DNA of 64,000 bases from an uncultured Nitrospiraceae bacterium (GCA_963706325.1 CAVPLT010000007.1:1-64000), one strand, 5' to 3'. Positions 29,364-40,101 are shown, numbered from the stretch's first letter. The notes: a model not told the origin generated them from the sequence alone. Numbers and translations: made by a program.

Positions 29364-30887
29364 ATGGCTGGCTCCGCACAGTCGTCAGACCGTCCCTCGT
29401 ATGATCCGCAAGTGCTGCTGAACTCTCAGCCGGTCATTGTGTCGGTCATCGACCCCGCGGACTATTCCGTGCAGTTTCAAAACCGAACCTGTTTAGCCGC
29501 ATTCGGCGACATGGCAGGCGCTAGCTGTCACGAGAAGATTGCCGCAATGGCCAGCCCATGCGAGTTCTGCCGCATGCCTGAGGCGTTAGCCCAGGAGAGC
29601 GTGGTATCTGAGGAGGTGGCGATGCCGAATGGCCGTCATCTCTTGATCCACTGGGCCAAGGCGTCGACTACGGACGGACGGGTGCATATTATTGAAACCA
29701 TCGTGGACGTCACGAAGCGCAAGCAGGACGAACAGAGCGTGCGGCAGTCACAAAAGATGGAGGCGCTAGGGAGGCTGGCTGCCGGCATTGCCCATGATTT
29801 CAATAATCTGCTCATGGTGGTGATCGGCCACGCCCAGCGTGTCGCACAGCAACTCGGGGCTCATCCATGCCACCATGAGATAGAGATGATCGGCCAGGCC
29901 GGCTCCCGGGCAGCAGCCCTGACAAAAAAATTGCTCACGTTCAGTCGCCGTCAGGTGCTGGAACAGCGCGACGTGCCGCTCAATACGTTGATTCGCGAGA
30001 TGGAAGATATCCTGCGTCGTTTGATCGGCGAGCAGATTCAAACGGTTATCGTCCTGGATCCTCAGGCCGGACATGTCCTAGGAGATTCCATACAAATCGA
30101 ACAGGTGCTTCTCAACTTGGCGCTCAATGGACGCGATGCCATGACGGAAGGAGGCATACTGACGATTGAGACGGGCAATGTTGATCTGGACGAAACCTAC
30201 GCTCAGGCTCACGCCGGGGCCGTTCCGGGGCCGTATGTCAAGTTGGTTGTGGAGGACACGGGGTGCGGGATCGATGCTGAAACCCTGGCACATATCTTTG
30301 AACCGTTTTTCAGCACGAAAGAGTCCGGTCAGGGGACTGGATTGGGGCTGGCCACGGTGTATGGCATTGTGAAAGAGAACCGGGGCTATGTCGAGGTGAC
30401 CAGTCAACCGGCCCGCGGCACTAAGTTTACCGTGATGCTGCCACGGGTCTTGGGTCAGGAATCAGAGGCTGAACCTGTGGCGGCTGCGCATTCCGTGCCC
30501 ACGGCCTCTGCCTCTATCCTCCTGGTTGAAGACGACGAGGGCATTCGACGGCTCGTGGCAGCCGTGCTTCGTGATCAGGGGTATGAAGTATTGGCCGCGT
30601 CTGATGGTGTCGAGGCCTTGCAAATGTTGCAAGTTCGAAAAAGCGGATGCGACGTGCTGATCACCGATGTGATCCTGCCGAGAATGAAAGCCGCCGTGCT
30701 GGTACAGGGTGCGACGACAATGTTTCCGGAGATCAAGGTGCTCTATATCTCCGGGTATGCGGGTGATATGTTAGTGTCGCATGGAGTGAATGCGCATGCC
30801 GCGTATCTCCAAAAACCATTCCTGCCCCAGGCCCTGATAGAAAAAGTTGCCGACCTTCTCCTGCCCGCTCGTTTGTTGCCGCGATGA
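29364..30887 (+). CDS. PAS-like hybrid histidine kinase (HisKA-HATPase-REC)
   Basis: GIAHDFNNLL, NGRDAM, FEPFFSTK, GTGLGL, and a C-terminal REC. Confidence 0.92.
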   Translation: MAGSAQSSDRPSYDPQVLLNSQPVIVSVIDPADYSVQFQNRTCLAAFGDMAGASCHEKIAAMASPCEFCRMPEALAQESVVSEEVAMPNGRHLLIHWAKASTTDGRVHIIETIVDVTKRKQDEQSVRQSQKMEALGRLAAGIAHDFNNLLMVVIGHAQRVAQQLGAHPCHHEIEMIGQAGSRAAALTKKLLTFSRRQVLEQRDVPLNTLIREMEDILRRLIGEQIQTVIVLDPQAGHVLGDSIQIEQVLLNLALNGRDAMTEGGILTIETGNVDLDETYAQAHAGAVPGPYVKLVVEDTGCGIDAETLAHIFEPFFSTKESGQGTGLGLATVYGIVKENRGYVEVTSQPARGTKFTVMLPRVLGQESEAEPVAAAHSVPTASASILLVEDDEGIRRLVAAVLRDQGYEVLAASDGVEALQMLQVRKSGCDVLITDVILPRMKAAVLVQGATTMFPEIKVLYISGYAGDMLVSHGVNAHAAYLQKPFLPQALIEKVADLLLPARLLPR

Positions 30888-30990
30888 CTGCCTTCTCAAC
30901 ATTCTAAGTCAGAACACATCCCGCACATTCGGCGCATCACGCCTGTCTCTTCTGGCGCCGTGACTTTTTTCCGCATGCGGATTTGAAGGC

Positions 30991-31015
30991 CGGCGCCGCA
31001 GCCGGTGCGGCGCCG
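30991..31015. terminator. GC-rich hairpin between convergent genes
   Basis: CGGCGCCGCA-GCCGG-TGCGGCGCCG. U-tract is weak. Confidence 0.4.
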
Positions 31016-31084
31016 TTAATGATGAATTGCACGGAAGTAAGCAGCGGGTGTTGCGGAAGGCAATGACAGGCTCGGCGCTCTATT

Positions 31085-31447
31085 TCAGGCAAAGGCAGAA
31101 AGGGAGAGCACTCGTTCCGGATCTTCCGCCGTTTGGGCCTCCCAGAGCTGATCGTGTACTTGTTTCATGCGGAGTCGCGTCTCCGGCGACGGCGTTAAGA
31201 ACTCGATCCCGAACGCGTTCTGCCCTGTCCATGTGACGACGGCTGGCTTGATTTCGATGGGTTCAATTCGATCTGGCAGGGAGATCCGCAGCGTCAATCG
31301 CATGCCGCAATGAACATTGGCGGCTACCTGGTGTATACAACAGCCGCTTGGTGAAAAATCTCGCACGATACCCTGGCTGCGGCCGCGTGAACCATGAAGC
31401 TCGACGGTTCGATTCATCTCTACCCGGCTATTCTTTCGCTTGGCCAT
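31085..31447 (-). CDS. PilZ-domain protein
   Basis: RKNSR (RxxxR), DFSPSG (DxSxxG) and FGIEF. Confidence 0.85.
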   Translation of the reverse strand: MAKRKNSRVEMNRTVELHGSRGRSQGIVRDFSPSGCCIHQVAANVHCGMRLTLRISLPDRIEPIEIKPAVVTWTGQNAFGIEFLTPSPETRLRMKQVHDQLWEAQTAEDPERVLSLSAFA

Positions 31448-31686
31448 CAATGCCCCCCTCTGTGGTGTGACTGTCTTCAACAGTACCAACAACGTGACGT
31501 TTCGATAAGCCCTGGACGGAGTACTTCAAAGGAAGGGCAAGAGCGCGGCCTATGTGTGGCAGTTGAGGCGATGGGCCGGTGGATATTTTAGTAGGCGCAT
31601 GAACATGCCACAGAACCGCCGAAGGCCTGAGGGATGGGAAGGAGAAGAAAAAGTGTTGTAGGGGGAAGTAAAACTCGGTTGCCCGA

Positions 31687-32670
31687 TCAGATTGCCGGCT
31701 GCATGAGAGATTCTGCCAAGATTCTGAAGGAGGGATCCAACATGAATCGCCGGAAGGAGTTGTCCTGGCGAGGGTCCGGTAGCCTTTCGTTCTCGTTGTG
31801 GTGGCGGTTGTAGAATGCCGCGTGGAGAGACTGCATCGCGTGATCTCGATCATTCATTCCGGCATAGGTACGAGCCAGATTGTAGTGATATAGGGGATTG
31901 TCCGGGTCTTGGGAGAGCCCATATTCAAAGATGGTTCTAGCCTGGGGGAGGTCTCCAGTCATGCGGTAGGCCATCCCCAAGTTGTGGATGAGAAGATGCC
32001 AGAGCGACTTGTCGAGCGTGGGATTGGATTGCTCGAGTGCGAGCGCCTGTTCATAGTGCGGGATGGCTTGTGCATACTGTTCCTGAAGGTAAGGTGCGCT
32101 TCCAGCACGAAAGTGGTCGAGACTGCTGGCGGGCGCAGCGGCGACGATATCGAGGCGGGCAAACAGGTCGCGCACCAGGGATTCGTCTCCGGGCGTATAG
32201 CCTTTTTTCGAAATGTGAACGTCGGTGTAGACGTTCTCTTTTGCCACGCAGGCAAATGCATGGAGTTGGTTTACCCCTCCGCGGACTGCCGGACCGACGT
32301 ATTCGAGCACGGGCATGTGCCGCACTTCATAATGCCTGACATTCTGGCTGTTGTTAGCCAGTGAGCCCTGTGCGATGTGTTGGAGATGAGCGAGGCATCC
32401 TTGCACTGTTGCTTTCCTACCGACCATTTCCAGGGTCACTGAGAGCGTCATCGATGTTGCGGCATTGGTCGCAAAGAGGTATCGACGACCGTCCGGAGTC
32501 ATCCCATCGACATGAATGTTGTATCCAGTAATGTCCAGTGAGACCGCCCAGGGTTTTTCTACGAGGGCGACCGTCGCAATATGTCGTGCTTCATTTGCGG
32601 AGGCGAGACTAATGGACAAGACAGCGCAGCCCGCCACTCCAAGCAGAACGGATCTGATTAACGTAAGCAA
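31687..32670 (-). CDS. Secreted TPR-repeat protein
   Basis: Signal peptide; C-terminal TPRs (AIPHYEQAL, NLGMAY, YNLARTYA). Confidence 0.8.
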   Translation of the reverse strand: MLTLIRSVLLGVAGCAVLSISLASANEARHIATVALVEKPWAVSLDITGYNIHVDGMTPDGRRYLFATNAATSMTLSVTLEMVGRKATVQGCLAHLQHIAQGSLANNSQNVRHYEVRHMPVLEYVGPAVRGGVNQLHAFACVAKENVYTDVHISKKGYTPGDESLVRDLFARLDIVAAAPASSLDHFRAGSAPYLQEQYAQAIPHYEQALALEQSNPTLDKSLWHLLIHNLGMAYRMTGDLPQARTIFEYGLSQDPDNPLYHYNLARTYAGMNDRDHAMQSLHAAFYNRHHNENERLPDPRQDNSFRRFMLDPSFRILAESLMQPAI

Positions 32671-33302
32671 TGGGCGACTCCTTGTCGTCGAGGCTTCGAC
32701 TCTCCAAAGTGCGCTCTTAGTAGTCTAGCGCTCACGCTCCTTGGGCCAAAGCAAAAGTACGAATCCAGCGGGCCCGTTCCAAATGAGCGATTGTCAGTGG
32801 TGAGACGGCATGGGCCGAGGGGTCCAGCCATCACTCGTACCAAATTGATTTCACCAGATCCCTTTGTGATAGGCGTTTTTCTGTCGCTTGATCAGGCAGC
32901 GGAGACTGTACAGAATACAGGACCTCACGGCGCTGATGCAGTTTCTACGCGCCTGTTTACAATGATCACGCGTGACATGTCGCTGATGAAGAGCGAATTT
33001 GGAAAGAAGTAGTCGAGCATTATCGGGAATGGTTCTCGATACATCTCTTCCCCGATATACAAATTGTGCACATGAGTGAGGGCACAAGGGTGGAGGTCAG
33101 TTGCGCCAGGAGGCGTACGGCATCGATGTGCAATCCGGATCGCGGATGCCGCTGGCAGCTGGTTTCAGGAAGTTCTTTGCCTGATTAGTGACCAGGGCGG
33201 GTGGCGGTTTGTCGGGAATAAAGGTGGCGTGCCTCGATCGGCCCCGTTTTCTTCGTCCTCCCACCATCCTTTTTTCCGACCACGAGTGTGACTGTCTGCG
33301 GA

Positions 33303-33746
33303 TCAGGCAGCGGCCGCCGTGCATGCCGTGCTGAGTAATTTTTTTACCGTGGCATGCGCCAGGACAACATCAGGCGTCCGTTGCAGCGCCTCATAGTAAC
33401 TGCGTTCGAAGCCATCACCTTCCTCAGAAGGACGAAGCATCTCGCGAGCCTCTGATAGCAGTTCCTGGGCCATTTCCACTGTTGTGTCGTCCTGATCTTC
33501 CAGGACGACATCGATGCGCACAACGAGGTGCGATAACGGGTGAAGCCAAGCGAACCACGGATCGTTCATGACGAGCTGCAGCAGTTGGCCGGATGAGGTC
33601 ACGCGACCGTAGATGCGCTCATAGGTGAGCTGTTCAGAAACAATCAGAGACTTGTGCAAGCCCAACAGGCCGTGGCGAAGATCTTTGAGACTGCCGCGCA
33701 GACTGTCAGGGATAGGATTCGAAGAAGACCAGGAGGAACGTGGCAT
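33303..33746 (-). CDS. Hypothetical helical protein
   Basis: 147-aa ORF with a protein-like composition (LHKSLI..YERIYG..DPWFAWL). Confidence 0.65.
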   Translation of the reverse strand: MPRSSWSSSNPIPDSLRGSLKDLRHGLLGLHKSLIVSEQLTYERIYGRVTSSGQLLQLVMNDPWFAWLHPLSHLVVRIDVVLEDQDDTTVEMAQELLSEAREMLRPSEEGDGFERSYYEALQRTPDVVLAHATVKKLLSTACTAAAA

Positions 33747-33953
33747 ACATCACCAATTATAGCAGACCAAGCCCAAAGTGACGGCGATTCCCACCACAGG
33801 AATGAAGCCCTACTCCAGGGCCGCTTCTCCGTCCTTCGTTGATACTGTATCGGTTGGTTTTTCGCCAGGATTGAGCCGTACATACATTGAGATAGAAATT
33901 GTCTCTCGCGAACCCGCAGCCGGTAGGCGCTGCAGGTGGGAGAAGCTTTCGTA

Positions 33954-34860
33954 TTAGCGGGTGTAGGCCTGTGTATTCCAAATAGTACTGAGCGGGCGGG
34001 ACTGCCGACTCAGTCCGATTGATGGCGCACCGTACATTTCTGTGATCGTGCGCACTACGCCGTAATGATCGATTCGTTCGTCGAAACGACCACGACGCAC
34101 CATCGGCCCCACGAGTATCATCGGAATGTGATTGTCTGATTTTCCGTCGTCCTCATCCCAGGTCACAATCAGCAGACTGTTGTGGCTCTCGGCCCATTGC
34201 ACATAGCGGCTCAGATGCGTTTGCAACCACCTGTCGGCGCGTTGGATGCGATCGGGATCGTTCCCGTCGTGCATGTCGTTCTGTTGATTAGGAACGATGA
34301 TGCTGAGGGTCGGCAGTGTGCTGAAGTCACTGGGGAAGTCTGAAAAGGGTCGATTCTCGCTCGATGGAACCTGGTTGATCGGCGACGACTGCCAGTTGAC
34401 CCAAGGATTATGCTTACGCACGTAGGACGCCACGATACAGTCTGTCGAGCCGACCGCAGGAAGGTCTTCCGAATAACCGACGAAGGATCGTCCGACTTGC
34501 GCCAAAGTACTACGAAGATTGGGGGCTGGTCAGAACGAGCGGACAATTGTTCGCGATGATTCCCTCGGTGGAACCGGCAAACAGGGCGATATAGTTCGGT
34601 TGGCTCGGATGGGTTATGCCGTAGGCATTGGTCAGCAGCGCGCCTTGGTGCACGAGTTCATTCAAGTACGGCGCCGCCGATGAGTCGACGATTTGGGCCA
34701 GAGAATGGTTCTCTTCGATCACGACCACAATATGGTCAGGCCGTGGAAGCGGGATCTGAGCGAAGAGGAGGCCGGACGAAAGCAGCAGCGTCCACAAAAT
34801 GAGTATCGTCACGCAGCGCATGCGTATCCTCAGCACCGTGAGGTTAGGCCGGAAGTTCAC
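33954..34860 (-). pseudogene. Phosphoesterase-family acid phosphatase, frameshifted at ~34520
   Basis: HIVVVIEENHS and THPSQPNYIAL in 34510-34860; YVRKHNPW, NDMHDG and VTWDED in 33954-34505. One extra base at the C5 run (AGCCCCCAAT) accounts for the shift. Confidence 0.85.
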
Positions 34861-36574
34861 TCAGCCGTAGAGTGTAGAGGTAATGGTAGATACCTTGCTT
34901 TTCCAGCAGGGCTGCGTGGGACCCTTCCTCCACAATTTTTCCCTTATTTAAAACCAGAATGCGGTCGGCGCGCTGAATGGTGCTGAGTCGGTGCGCGACG
35001 ACAAAGGTGGTACGGTTGACCATGAGGCGCTCCAGAGCCTCTTGGACAAGTCGTTCCGATTCGGTATCCAGCGCGGACGTCGCTTCGTCGAGTAACAAAA
35101 TCCTGGGGTTTTTTAAAATCGCTCGCGCAATCGCCACGCGCTGACGTTGGCCGCCGGATAAATTGACGCCCTTCTCACCCACGATCGTTTCATAGCCGTC
35201 TGGAAATTCGACGATGAATTCATGCGCATGCGCGCCTTGGCTTGCGGCAATGATGTCCTCTTCGGGGGCGTCCTCTCGTCCATAGCGAATATTGTCGCGG
35301 ATCGATCCACCGAACAAGATCGTTTCCTGCGGCACCAGTGCGATTTGTCGGTACAGGCTATCGAGGCGTACGTCTCGCACATCGTGACCGTCGACTGTGA
35401 GTCTGCCTGCCGTCGGATCATAGAATCGATGGAGGAGATTGATGATCGTCGTCTTACCCGAGCCGGTGGGGCCCACAATGGCAATGAGTTCTCCAGGTTT
35501 GGCTTCGAAGGAGACATCCGAAAGCACCGGCTGTCTCGTATCGTAGGAAAAGCTGATGCCTTCTGCCCGCACATGGCCTTGGACGAGAGGCAACTCCACG
35601 GCTCCCGGCGCGTCGGCAATTTCAGCGTGAGTGTCGAGTATTTCGAAGACGCGTTCCATCGCGCCTTGAGCTTCCTTGATCTGCGCAAACACGCGAGCTG
35701 CCGACCCGAACGGTCCGATGAGAATGCCGGCAAACAGCACAAAGGCAAAGAGGTCGCCGGGTGACACGCTTCCGTCGATGACCTGCTGTCCCCCATACCA
35801 CAGTACCGCGGCTGCTGCGGCGAACGTCACGAACGTAATCGTCGGCACGAACCACGCCATGATGGTCGCTCGGCGAAGCGCCAGCTGCATGGCAGTTTGC
35901 ACCTGGGCGACAAATCGCTGCTCCTCACGTTTGCCCTGGACAAATGATTTCACCACGCGGATCCCCGCGATCACTTCTTCTACCAGGGTGCTGACGGAAG
36001 CGGTTTGGTCTTGAATGCTGGTCGAGAGCGCTCGCAGTCGCCGTCCGAAGAGTTTAGCCACAACTACCAGAAGCGGGAGCAGGACCAGAATCAGGAGGCA
36101 CAATTGCCAGTTCATGGCGAAGAGGAAGCCCGCCCCGCCGATGAAGGTGACGAGCTGCTTGGCCGCATCGATGGGGGTATCGGTGACGACGTTTTGAATC
36201 ACGGTCACATCGTTCATGAGACGGGACATCAGCTCTCCCGTCCGTCGCTTCGAGAAAAAGTTCACGGATAGAGTTTGGAGATGCGCGAAGAGATGTGTCC
36301 GAAAGTCCGCCATGACGCGCTGAGACACCCAGGACGTGAGGTAGCTATGTCCCATCGAACAGAAGCCCTGCAACAGCACCAAGCCCAAGAAGAGCAGGAT
36401 CATCTGCGTCATGCGCGCGGCATCATGCTGAACGGTGATGACATCCCAGAGCGATCCCCCGAGACGAAGCAGCGCCAGGTTGATGGCTGCGACCACCATG
36501 ACCATAAGGGCGGCGGCGAGCATCCGAGGGAAGTATGGCTTGATAAAAGGGAAGAATCGTTTAAACGAAACCAT
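34844..36574 (-). CDS. msbA: MsbA-like ABC exporter
   Basis: TMD plus NBD: GPTGSGKT, LSGGQRQR, LLLDEATSALD, AHRLST. Confidence 0.8.
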   Translation of the reverse strand: MVSFKRFFPFIKPYFPRMLAAALMVMVVAAINLALLRLGGSLWDVITVQHDAARMTQMILLFLGLVLLQGFCSMGHSYLTSWVSQRVMADFRTHLFAHLQTLSVNFFSKRRTGELMSRLMNDVTVIQNVVTDTPIDAAKQLVTFIGGAGFLFAMNWQLCLLILVLLPLLVVVAKLFGRRLRALSTSIQDQTASVSTLVEEVIAGIRVVKSFVQGKREEQRFVAQVQTAMQLALRRATIMAWFVPTITFVTFAAAAAVLWYGGQQVIDGSVSPGDLFAFVLFAGILIGPFGSAARVFAQIKEAQGAMERVFEILDTHAEIADAPGAVELPLVQGHVRAEGISFSYDTRQPVLSDVSFEAKPGELIAIVGPTGSGKTTIINLLHRFYDPTAGRLTVDGHDVRDVRLDSLYRQIALVPQETILFGGSIRDNIRYGREDAPEEDIIAASQGAHAHEFIVEFPDGYETIVGEKGVNLSGGQRQRVAIARAILKNPRILLLDEATSALDTESERLVQEALERLMVNRTTFVVAHRLSTIQRADRILVLNKGKIVEEGSHAALLEKQGIYHYLYTLRLSELPA

Positions 36575-36674
36575 GGGTGTTACGACAATCGTTCAGCGAG
36601 GACATGTGTGGAGCGTACCGCGTCGCATGCGGGGCACGAATACGATACGCCTTTCTCGATGAGGTAGGATCGAG

Positions 36675-36893
36675 CTAGAGCTGGGCGATCGACTCAATCA
36701 AGTTCTTGTTGATCGCCACGAAGTCGGACCGATCCTTGTCGTTGATCAACACGTCAGTCAGGCTGATGAACAGCCGCTGCTCTTCGTTGATCGCGTCCGA
36801 CACGCGATTGCGCATCGGCGGGATGAGAAAATCCCCGACATAGATACAGTTCACCGTTCGAACGCGGATGCGAACTTTTTTCCCCTCGGGCAC
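36675..36893 (-). CDS. Small hypothetical protein
   Basis: 72 aa, GGAGGG RBS, RVSDAIN..FISLTDV..FVAINK. Confidence 0.7.
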   Translation of the reverse strand: MPEGKKVRIRVRTVNCIYVGDFLIPPMRNRVSDAINEEQRLFISLTDVLINDKDRSDFVAINKNLIESIAQL

Positions 36894-37194
36894 GGATCCC
36901 TCCGTCCATTATGTCGTGATGGGCTCAGCTCTTGCGACGCAAGAATTTCTGACGCCGGCGCAACTTCTTATACTTGTGCTTGCGCATCTTCTTCCGGCGT
37001 TTCTTGAGAACACTCGCCATACATTCATTCTCCAACTGCTAGGCGCGGGAGTCTAGTGCGTTTCATGCCAAAATGCAAGCCAAGATTCTGACGTTTTGAT
37101 TGTCGGGATGCCGCCAGGCGGGGTGCACGTCGTGATGATGAATGGTCTGTTGCCCTCAGCTTGCCTCTTCCTGCCAAGGTTCCTATACTGCGCC

Positions 37195-37713
37195 ATGCTT
37201 AACTGTTGCTCGTTGCGCACCGCGCTGTATCGGCGTCTTCTAGTAGGCCTCATGCTGACCTTGATCGTGGGGTGTGCAGGGAAAACCATTCAGTACAAAG
37301 ATGATCACGACCGCATTCTTCGCATCGACCAGGCGGTTGAGTTGCTGCGGAAATCGTACGTAGAGCAGGACCGCAGCGGCGTGGAGGCGCTCCTGTTGCC
37401 GTCGGGGAATATGGATCAACTGCAACGAGAGATTCATAGCGACTTCGATACCTTTCGCGATATCCAGCTGGAATTTTCGATTGAGCGCATCCTCATCGAG
37501 GGTGAGAACATCGACGTGTTCGTCCATTGGCAAGGTCAATGGAAACGAGATCCCGCTGAGTCTGGCACACGTCAACGAGGCCATGGGCGGCTGGCCTGGG
37601 TGGGGACGCAATCAATTCTTCTGCGGGAAGCTCAAGGCGATCTCCCGTTCGGCATGGGCATGCGAGCGACTGTGGGTGAAGACCCCGCGCGCGGCCAGGC
37701 TAAGCCTCAGTAA
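37195..37713 (+). CDS. Hypothetical lipoprotein (NTF2-like)
   Basis: Lipobox IVGC; TAATG coupling to nadB. Start is uncertain. Confidence 0.65.
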   Translation: MLNCCSLRTALYRRLLVGLMLTLIVGCAGKTIQYKDDHDRILRIDQAVELLRKSYVEQDRSGVEALLLPSGNMDQLQREIHSDFDTFRDIQLEFSIERILIEGENIDVFVHWQGQWKRDPAESGTRQRGHGRLAWVGTQSILLREAQGDLPFGMGMRATVGEDPARGQAKPQ

Positions 37714-39380
37714 TGCCTGCAAGACCGTCGCCTCACAAAATTGAAACTGATTTTCTCGTCGTCGGGAGCGGCGTCGCGGGACTGCGAGCTGCTATCGAAC
37801 TCAGCCGTGTCGGTCGCGTGCTGATGTTGACCAAGGGACATCCCTTGGAAAGCAATTCGATGTATGCCCAGGGCGGGGTCGCCGTCGCGCTGAGCGAAGA
37901 AGATGACGTCGGTAGTCATCTGACCGACACGCTCAAGGCCGGGCATGGGCTCTGCCGTCGCGAAGCCGTGCGTGTGCTGGTAGAGGAGGGACCGGAACGA
38001 ATTCAAGAGCTGATCTCGTGGGGCGCGAAGTTCGACAAAATTGGAAAGCGATTTGCCTTCACGCGTGAGGCGGCGCACAGCCGAAGCCGTATCTTGCGCG
38101 CTCGTGGCGACGCCACCGGAAACGAGATGGTGCGCGCGCTCATGGCCCACGCGGCGAGGCAGCCACGCATCCAGCGACTGGATCGTCGGTTCACGGTCGA
38201 TTTGGCGGTCATCGACGGCCGGTGCTGCGGGGCCATCGTGTTGAACGAGCTGTCGGGCGAACGGACAGCCTTGCCGGCCAGCGCGATAGTGTTGTCCACC
38301 GGTGGAGCGGGACAGGTCTACGCGCGGACGACGAATCCGGGCAACGCGACGGGTGATGGGATGGCGATGGCGCTTCGGGCCGGCGCGTTGCTGATGGACA
38401 TGGAGTTCGTGCAATTTCATCCCACGTCCCTGTACCTGCCGTCGAGCCCGCCCTTCCTCTTATCGGAAGCCATTCGCGGGGAGGGTGGGCAGCTCCGCAA
38501 TATCAAGGGCGAACTGTTCATGCAGCGCTACCATGCTGACGGCGCGCTGGCGCCACGGGACATCGTGTCGCGGGCGATTTGGTCTGAAATGGCGGCGACG
38601 CGCGCGCGCCATGTGTATCTGGACGTTACGCATCTGGGCGCAGCTTTCGTGAAACGACGCTTTCCTACCATCTACGCAACCTGCCTCCGATATGACATCG
38701 ACATGACGGAAGAATGGATTCCGGTCTCACCCAGCGCGCACTACATGATGGGCGGGGTGTGGACGGATGTGAAAGGAGCGACGACGCTACCTGGTCTGTA
38801 TGCGGCGGGTGAGGTGGCCTGCAGCGGAGTCCATGGCGCGAACCGGTTGGCCAGCAACTCGTTGCTGGAAGGATTGGTTTTTGGGATGCGCGCGGCTCAG
38901 TCGGCAGTGGCCCACACCGCTGGGCCGGCTCAGATGCCTTCCGTAGAAGAGCTGGAGCGAGGCCGGACGCGGGAGTTCGATGATCCGGAAAAGCTCAGGA
39001 GTTCCCTACGCCGCCTCATGTGGGGAAAGGTGGGACTGGTGCGGTCAGGAGATTCGTTGATCAGCGCCTCCGCGCAACTTGCTCGCTGGATGCGACTTCT
39101 GACAAAACCCTTTGCCTCGCGGGCGGCGCTTGAAGTGAAAAATATGGTGCAAGTCGCGCGCTGTATCACGGATGCGGCCCTGTGGAGGGAAAATAGCGTG
39201 GGGGCCCATTATCGGTCAGATTTCGCGGAGGGGAATCGCCCTGGATGGCGGCAACACAGCCAATTGTTGCTGCGGTCCACTGAGGCTACCGGGAAGCAAC
39301 GGACGGACCAAGACCTCGTACTTGCGCCTCAAGCGCCTGATGGCGGTACGACCGGGAGGAAGAAAGCCGGTCGTTCGTAA
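37713..39380 (+). CDS. nadB: L-aspartate oxidase
   Basis: GSGVAG, YAQGGVA, EFVQFHPT, LAPRDIVSR, HYMMGG and HGANRLASNSLLEG. Confidence 0.95.
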   Translation: MPARPSPHKIETDFLVVGSGVAGLRAAIELSRVGRVLMLTKGHPLESNSMYAQGGVAVALSEEDDVGSHLTDTLKAGHGLCRREAVRVLVEEGPERIQELISWGAKFDKIGKRFAFTREAAHSRSRILRARGDATGNEMVRALMAHAARQPRIQRLDRRFTVDLAVIDGRCCGAIVLNELSGERTALPASAIVLSTGGAGQVYARTTNPGNATGDGMAMALRAGALLMDMEFVQFHPTSLYLPSSPPFLLSEAIRGEGGQLRNIKGELFMQRYHADGALAPRDIVSRAIWSEMAATRARHVYLDVTHLGAAFVKRRFPTIYATCLRYDIDMTEEWIPVSPSAHYMMGGVWTDVKGATTLPGLYAAGEVACSGVHGANRLASNSLLEGLVFGMRAAQSAVAHTAGPAQMPSVEELERGRTREFDDPEKLRSSLRRLMWGKVGLVRSGDSLISASAQLARWMRLLTKPFASRAALEVKNMVQVARCITDAALWRENSVGAHYRSDFAEGNRPGWRQHSQLLLRSTEATGKQRTDQDLVLAPQAPDGGTTGRKKAGRS

Positions 39381-39951
39381 GAAAGGTTCGATAGTATCGA
39401 AGCACCTTTTTGACATACTGCCTGGTTTCCGCGATTGGAGGAAGCCCTTGATAGCGCTCCACGGTATGCTCTCCCGCGTTGTAAGCGGCCAAGGCCAGAG
39501 GCAGATTTCCGTCAAACCGGTCGAGCAGCTGCCGTAAATATTTCGTCCCGCCGCCGATGTTCTCATCTGGATTATAGGAATCCCGCACGTCCAACCGCAC
39601 GGCGGTCTGTGGCATCAGCTGCATGAGCCCGATCGCGCCGGCGCGCGAGACGGCCTGGGGGTCGAAATCGGATTCCGTCTTGATCACGGCACGTACCAGA
39701 GCCGGGTGGAGACGATGGGTTCGGGAATGTCGAGCGATGACCGGTTCCAACTCGCCCGCAGAGATGACGGTACGGGAACGAGGGAGTGCTGAAACAACAC
39801 GCCGGTATCGCGGATCATTCGGAACATTGGTGAGGGAAATAGTGCCGTTGCTGTCAATGTACTGATAGACGTCTGCGGCGGCGGGCAGTGCGGTCAAAAC
39901 CATGGTCGCGGTGACCCACAGGACCGGCATTGTTCGGCTGAAATGGATCAT
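39286..39951 (-). CDS. Lytic transglycosylase (small N-terminal domain + SLT)
   Basis: VIKTESDF, GAIGLMQLMP, LAAYNAG and ETRQYV. Confidence 0.9.
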   Translation of the reverse strand: MIHFSRTMPVLWVTATMVLTALPAAADVYQYIDSNGTISLTNVPNDPRYRRVVSALPRSRTVISAGELEPVIARHSRTHRLHPALVRAVIKTESDFDPQAVSRAGAIGLMQLMPQTAVRLDVRDSYNPDENIGGGTKYLRQLLDRFDGNLPLALAAYNAGEHTVERYQGLPPIAETRQYVKKVLRYYRTFLTNDRLSSSRSYRHQALEAQVRGLGPSVASR

Positions 39952-40101
39952 TGGGGTTGAGCGTGCGGTGAGAACTCGGCTTCCAGTTGTCCTGTTGTAA
40001 CCGTAGCATCGGACCCCCTACCTGTCAAAACGATCTGGTTCTTTCAGAAACGGTTCAGGCGATGCAACGATCTAATCACATGGCGTTATTTGACAAAGTC
40101 C

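Noticed and set aside
32700..33300. Short ORFs between the TPR gene and the hypothetical gene
   Set aside because: No family similarity or convincing RBS.
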